64,000 nucleotides of DNA from Mustelus asterias. Lineage: Eukaryota. This document shows positions 62,019 through 64,000 of the stretch, in pieces. The stretch is from assembly GCF_964213995.1 (NCBI RefSeq), contig NW_027590137.1, positions 744,001-808,000 of the forward strand, given 5' to 3'. The notes under the pieces were generated by a model. That model searched no databases. It worked only from the letters and a program-made list of their open reading frames with translations, and had not been told where the DNA came from. The translations under genes were made by a program, and so were the position numbers. The stretch's first letter is position 1. The number at the start of each line of letters is the position of its first letter.

Positions 62019-62719
62019 CTGCTCTGACTGTGGGAATGGTTTCAAAAGCTCTCAGGAACTGATGATCCACCAGTCCATTCACAGCTGCTGTGTGTGGGAA
62101 GAAATTCACCAGTTCATCCCTCCTGCTGAGACACCAGCGAGTTCACAAGTGATGATAGGGGTTGGATTCTGCTGTTATTGCTGCTGTTAATCACATCCAG
62201 GACTGAACCATGTTCATTCTGACAGTTGGTGAAGCGGGAGGGTCGGGGGGTTTCTTTCTGCTGGACTGGCTGGTCTCACAATTTTGCTTCCAGTGGGCTG
62301 ATGCTCTTTGAGCCTGGGAGAGCACATTTCCACTGAAATGACCCACACAAACTGATGAAGAACATTTATTTTATCCTGGACAGTAAATAATGTTTTTCCT
62401 CCCACTACAGGTAGATCTAAAGTAAGTACATTTGTCTCTGTTCCATTGAGTCTACAGCACAGGGCCGGGCCAGTCGGCCCAATTGGTCTGTGTCAGTATT
62501 TATGCTCCACATGAGCCTCCACCCACCGCTCTTCATCTCCCCCCATCAGCATATCCTTCTATTCCTCTCTCCCTCATGTATGTATCCAGCTTCCCCTTCA
62601 ATGTATCCATGATGTTCACCTCAACCACTCGCTGTGGTAGTGAGTTCCACATTCTCACCACTCGCTGGTAAAGAGGTTTCTCACTGAAATCCTGGTGGAT
62701 TATTGAACCCCTTCATAAC

Positions 62720-64000
62720 AAACAAAGAACAATACAGCACAGGAACAGGCCCTTCGGCCCTCCAAGCCCGCGCCGCTCCCCGGTCCAGGATTGAATCCTG
62801 AATCCAGGATCCCCGCCCAATTTTCCAGCCTATCTACATACCAATATCCTATCCACCGAGCTGTCCCTCACAGCTACGATGCTTTGTTCATTACAACCTA
62901 TTAACTTACCCCCACCCCCCCATTCCAGACCATGTGATCTCCAGGGAGAGGCGAAAACCCAGAGTGAAAAACCCCAGGGCCAATATGGGGAAAAAAAATC
63001 TGGGAAATTCCTCTCCGACCCCCTGAGGCGATCGAAACGAGTCCAGGAGATCACAATGGCCCCGATCGGAAAATGCTTCCCAACCCTAGTCATTTCCACT
63101 TCCACGAACACCATATGAATTCCCTGCCCCCGAGACAGGTTCCCAACTATCCGCAGTCTCACTCTGTACTGGCACCAGCAAGATGATCATAGAATGAAGC
63201 CTTGAAACGAGAAACCAGGAACAATTAGCCCGCGCCGCTCCCTGGTCCAAACTCGACCACTCTTTTGTATCCCTCCATTCCCACTCCGTTCATATAGCTG
63301 TCTAGATAAGTCTTAAACGTTCCCAGTGTGTCCGCCTCCACCACCTTGCCCGGCAACACATTCCAGGCCCCCACGACCCTCTGTGTGAAATATGTCCTTC
63401 TGATATCTGTGTTAAACCTCCCCCCCTTCACCTTGAACCTATGACCCCTCGTGAACGTCACCACCGACCCGGGGAAAAGCTTCCCACCGTTCACCCTATC
63501 GATGCCTTTCATAATTTTATACACCTCTATTAAGTCTCCCCTCATCCTCCGTCTTTCCAAGGAGAACAACCCCAGTTTCCCCAATCTCTCCTCATAACCA
63601 AGCCCCTCCATACCAGGCAACATCCTGGTAAACCTCCTCTGTACTCTCTCCAAAGCCTCCACGTCCTTCTGGTAGTGTGGCGACCAGAACTGGACGCAGT
63701 ATTCCAAATGCGGCCGAACCAACGTTCTATACATCTGCAACATCAGACCCCAACTTTTATACTCTATGCCCCGTCCTATAAAGGCAAGCATGCCATATGC
63801 CTTCTTCACCACCTTCTCCACCTGTGACGTCACCTTCAAAGATCTGTGGACTTGCACACCCAGGTCCCTCTGCGTCTCTACACCCTTTATGGTTCTTCCA
63901 TTTATCGTGTAGCTCCTCCCTACATTATTCCCACCAAAATGCATCACTTCGCATTTATCAGGATTGAACTCCATCTGCCATTTCCTTGCCCAAATTTCCA
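62720..64000 (-). mobile_element. Young CR1 LINE 3' end with extended 3' UTR, runs off window end
   Basis: Open ORF 63225-63974 with CR1 RT C-terminal motifs; tail at ~62720. Confidence 0.94.

Overview
Eukaryotic genomic DNA, almost certainly from a cartilaginous fish (shark). The evidence is HE1/V-SINE-type SINEs, CR1 LINEs, Penelope-like elements (PLEs) and TCR V segments. The window is a dense cluster of about 10 tandem-C2H2 zinc-finger genes and pseudogenes with no recognisable effector domain. Six of them form three head-to-head pairs around a shared CCAAT/NRF1-rich promoter module, and one pair also has a tRNA-Arg(ACG) gene. Embedded in the cluster (about 32.6-42.4 kb) is an island of seven TCR alpha/delta-like V segments in mixed orientation, with RSSs and CTCF motifs. 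One V is intact, has a perfect 23-RSS and appears to have its leader fused to the V exon with no intron. PLE termini carry minimal hammerhead ribozyme motifs with compensatory stem II changes. Two TSD-flanked PLE insertions have captured foreign sequence, one a ~55-bp piece of a neighbouring TCR V pseudogene. An inverted duplication (about 1.2-4.9 kb vs 9.4-13.3 kb) provides filled and empty insertion sites. No D, J or C segments were recognised. Repeat boundaries are by-eye estimates; RSS, TSD, tRNA and hairpin coordinates were counted base by base.
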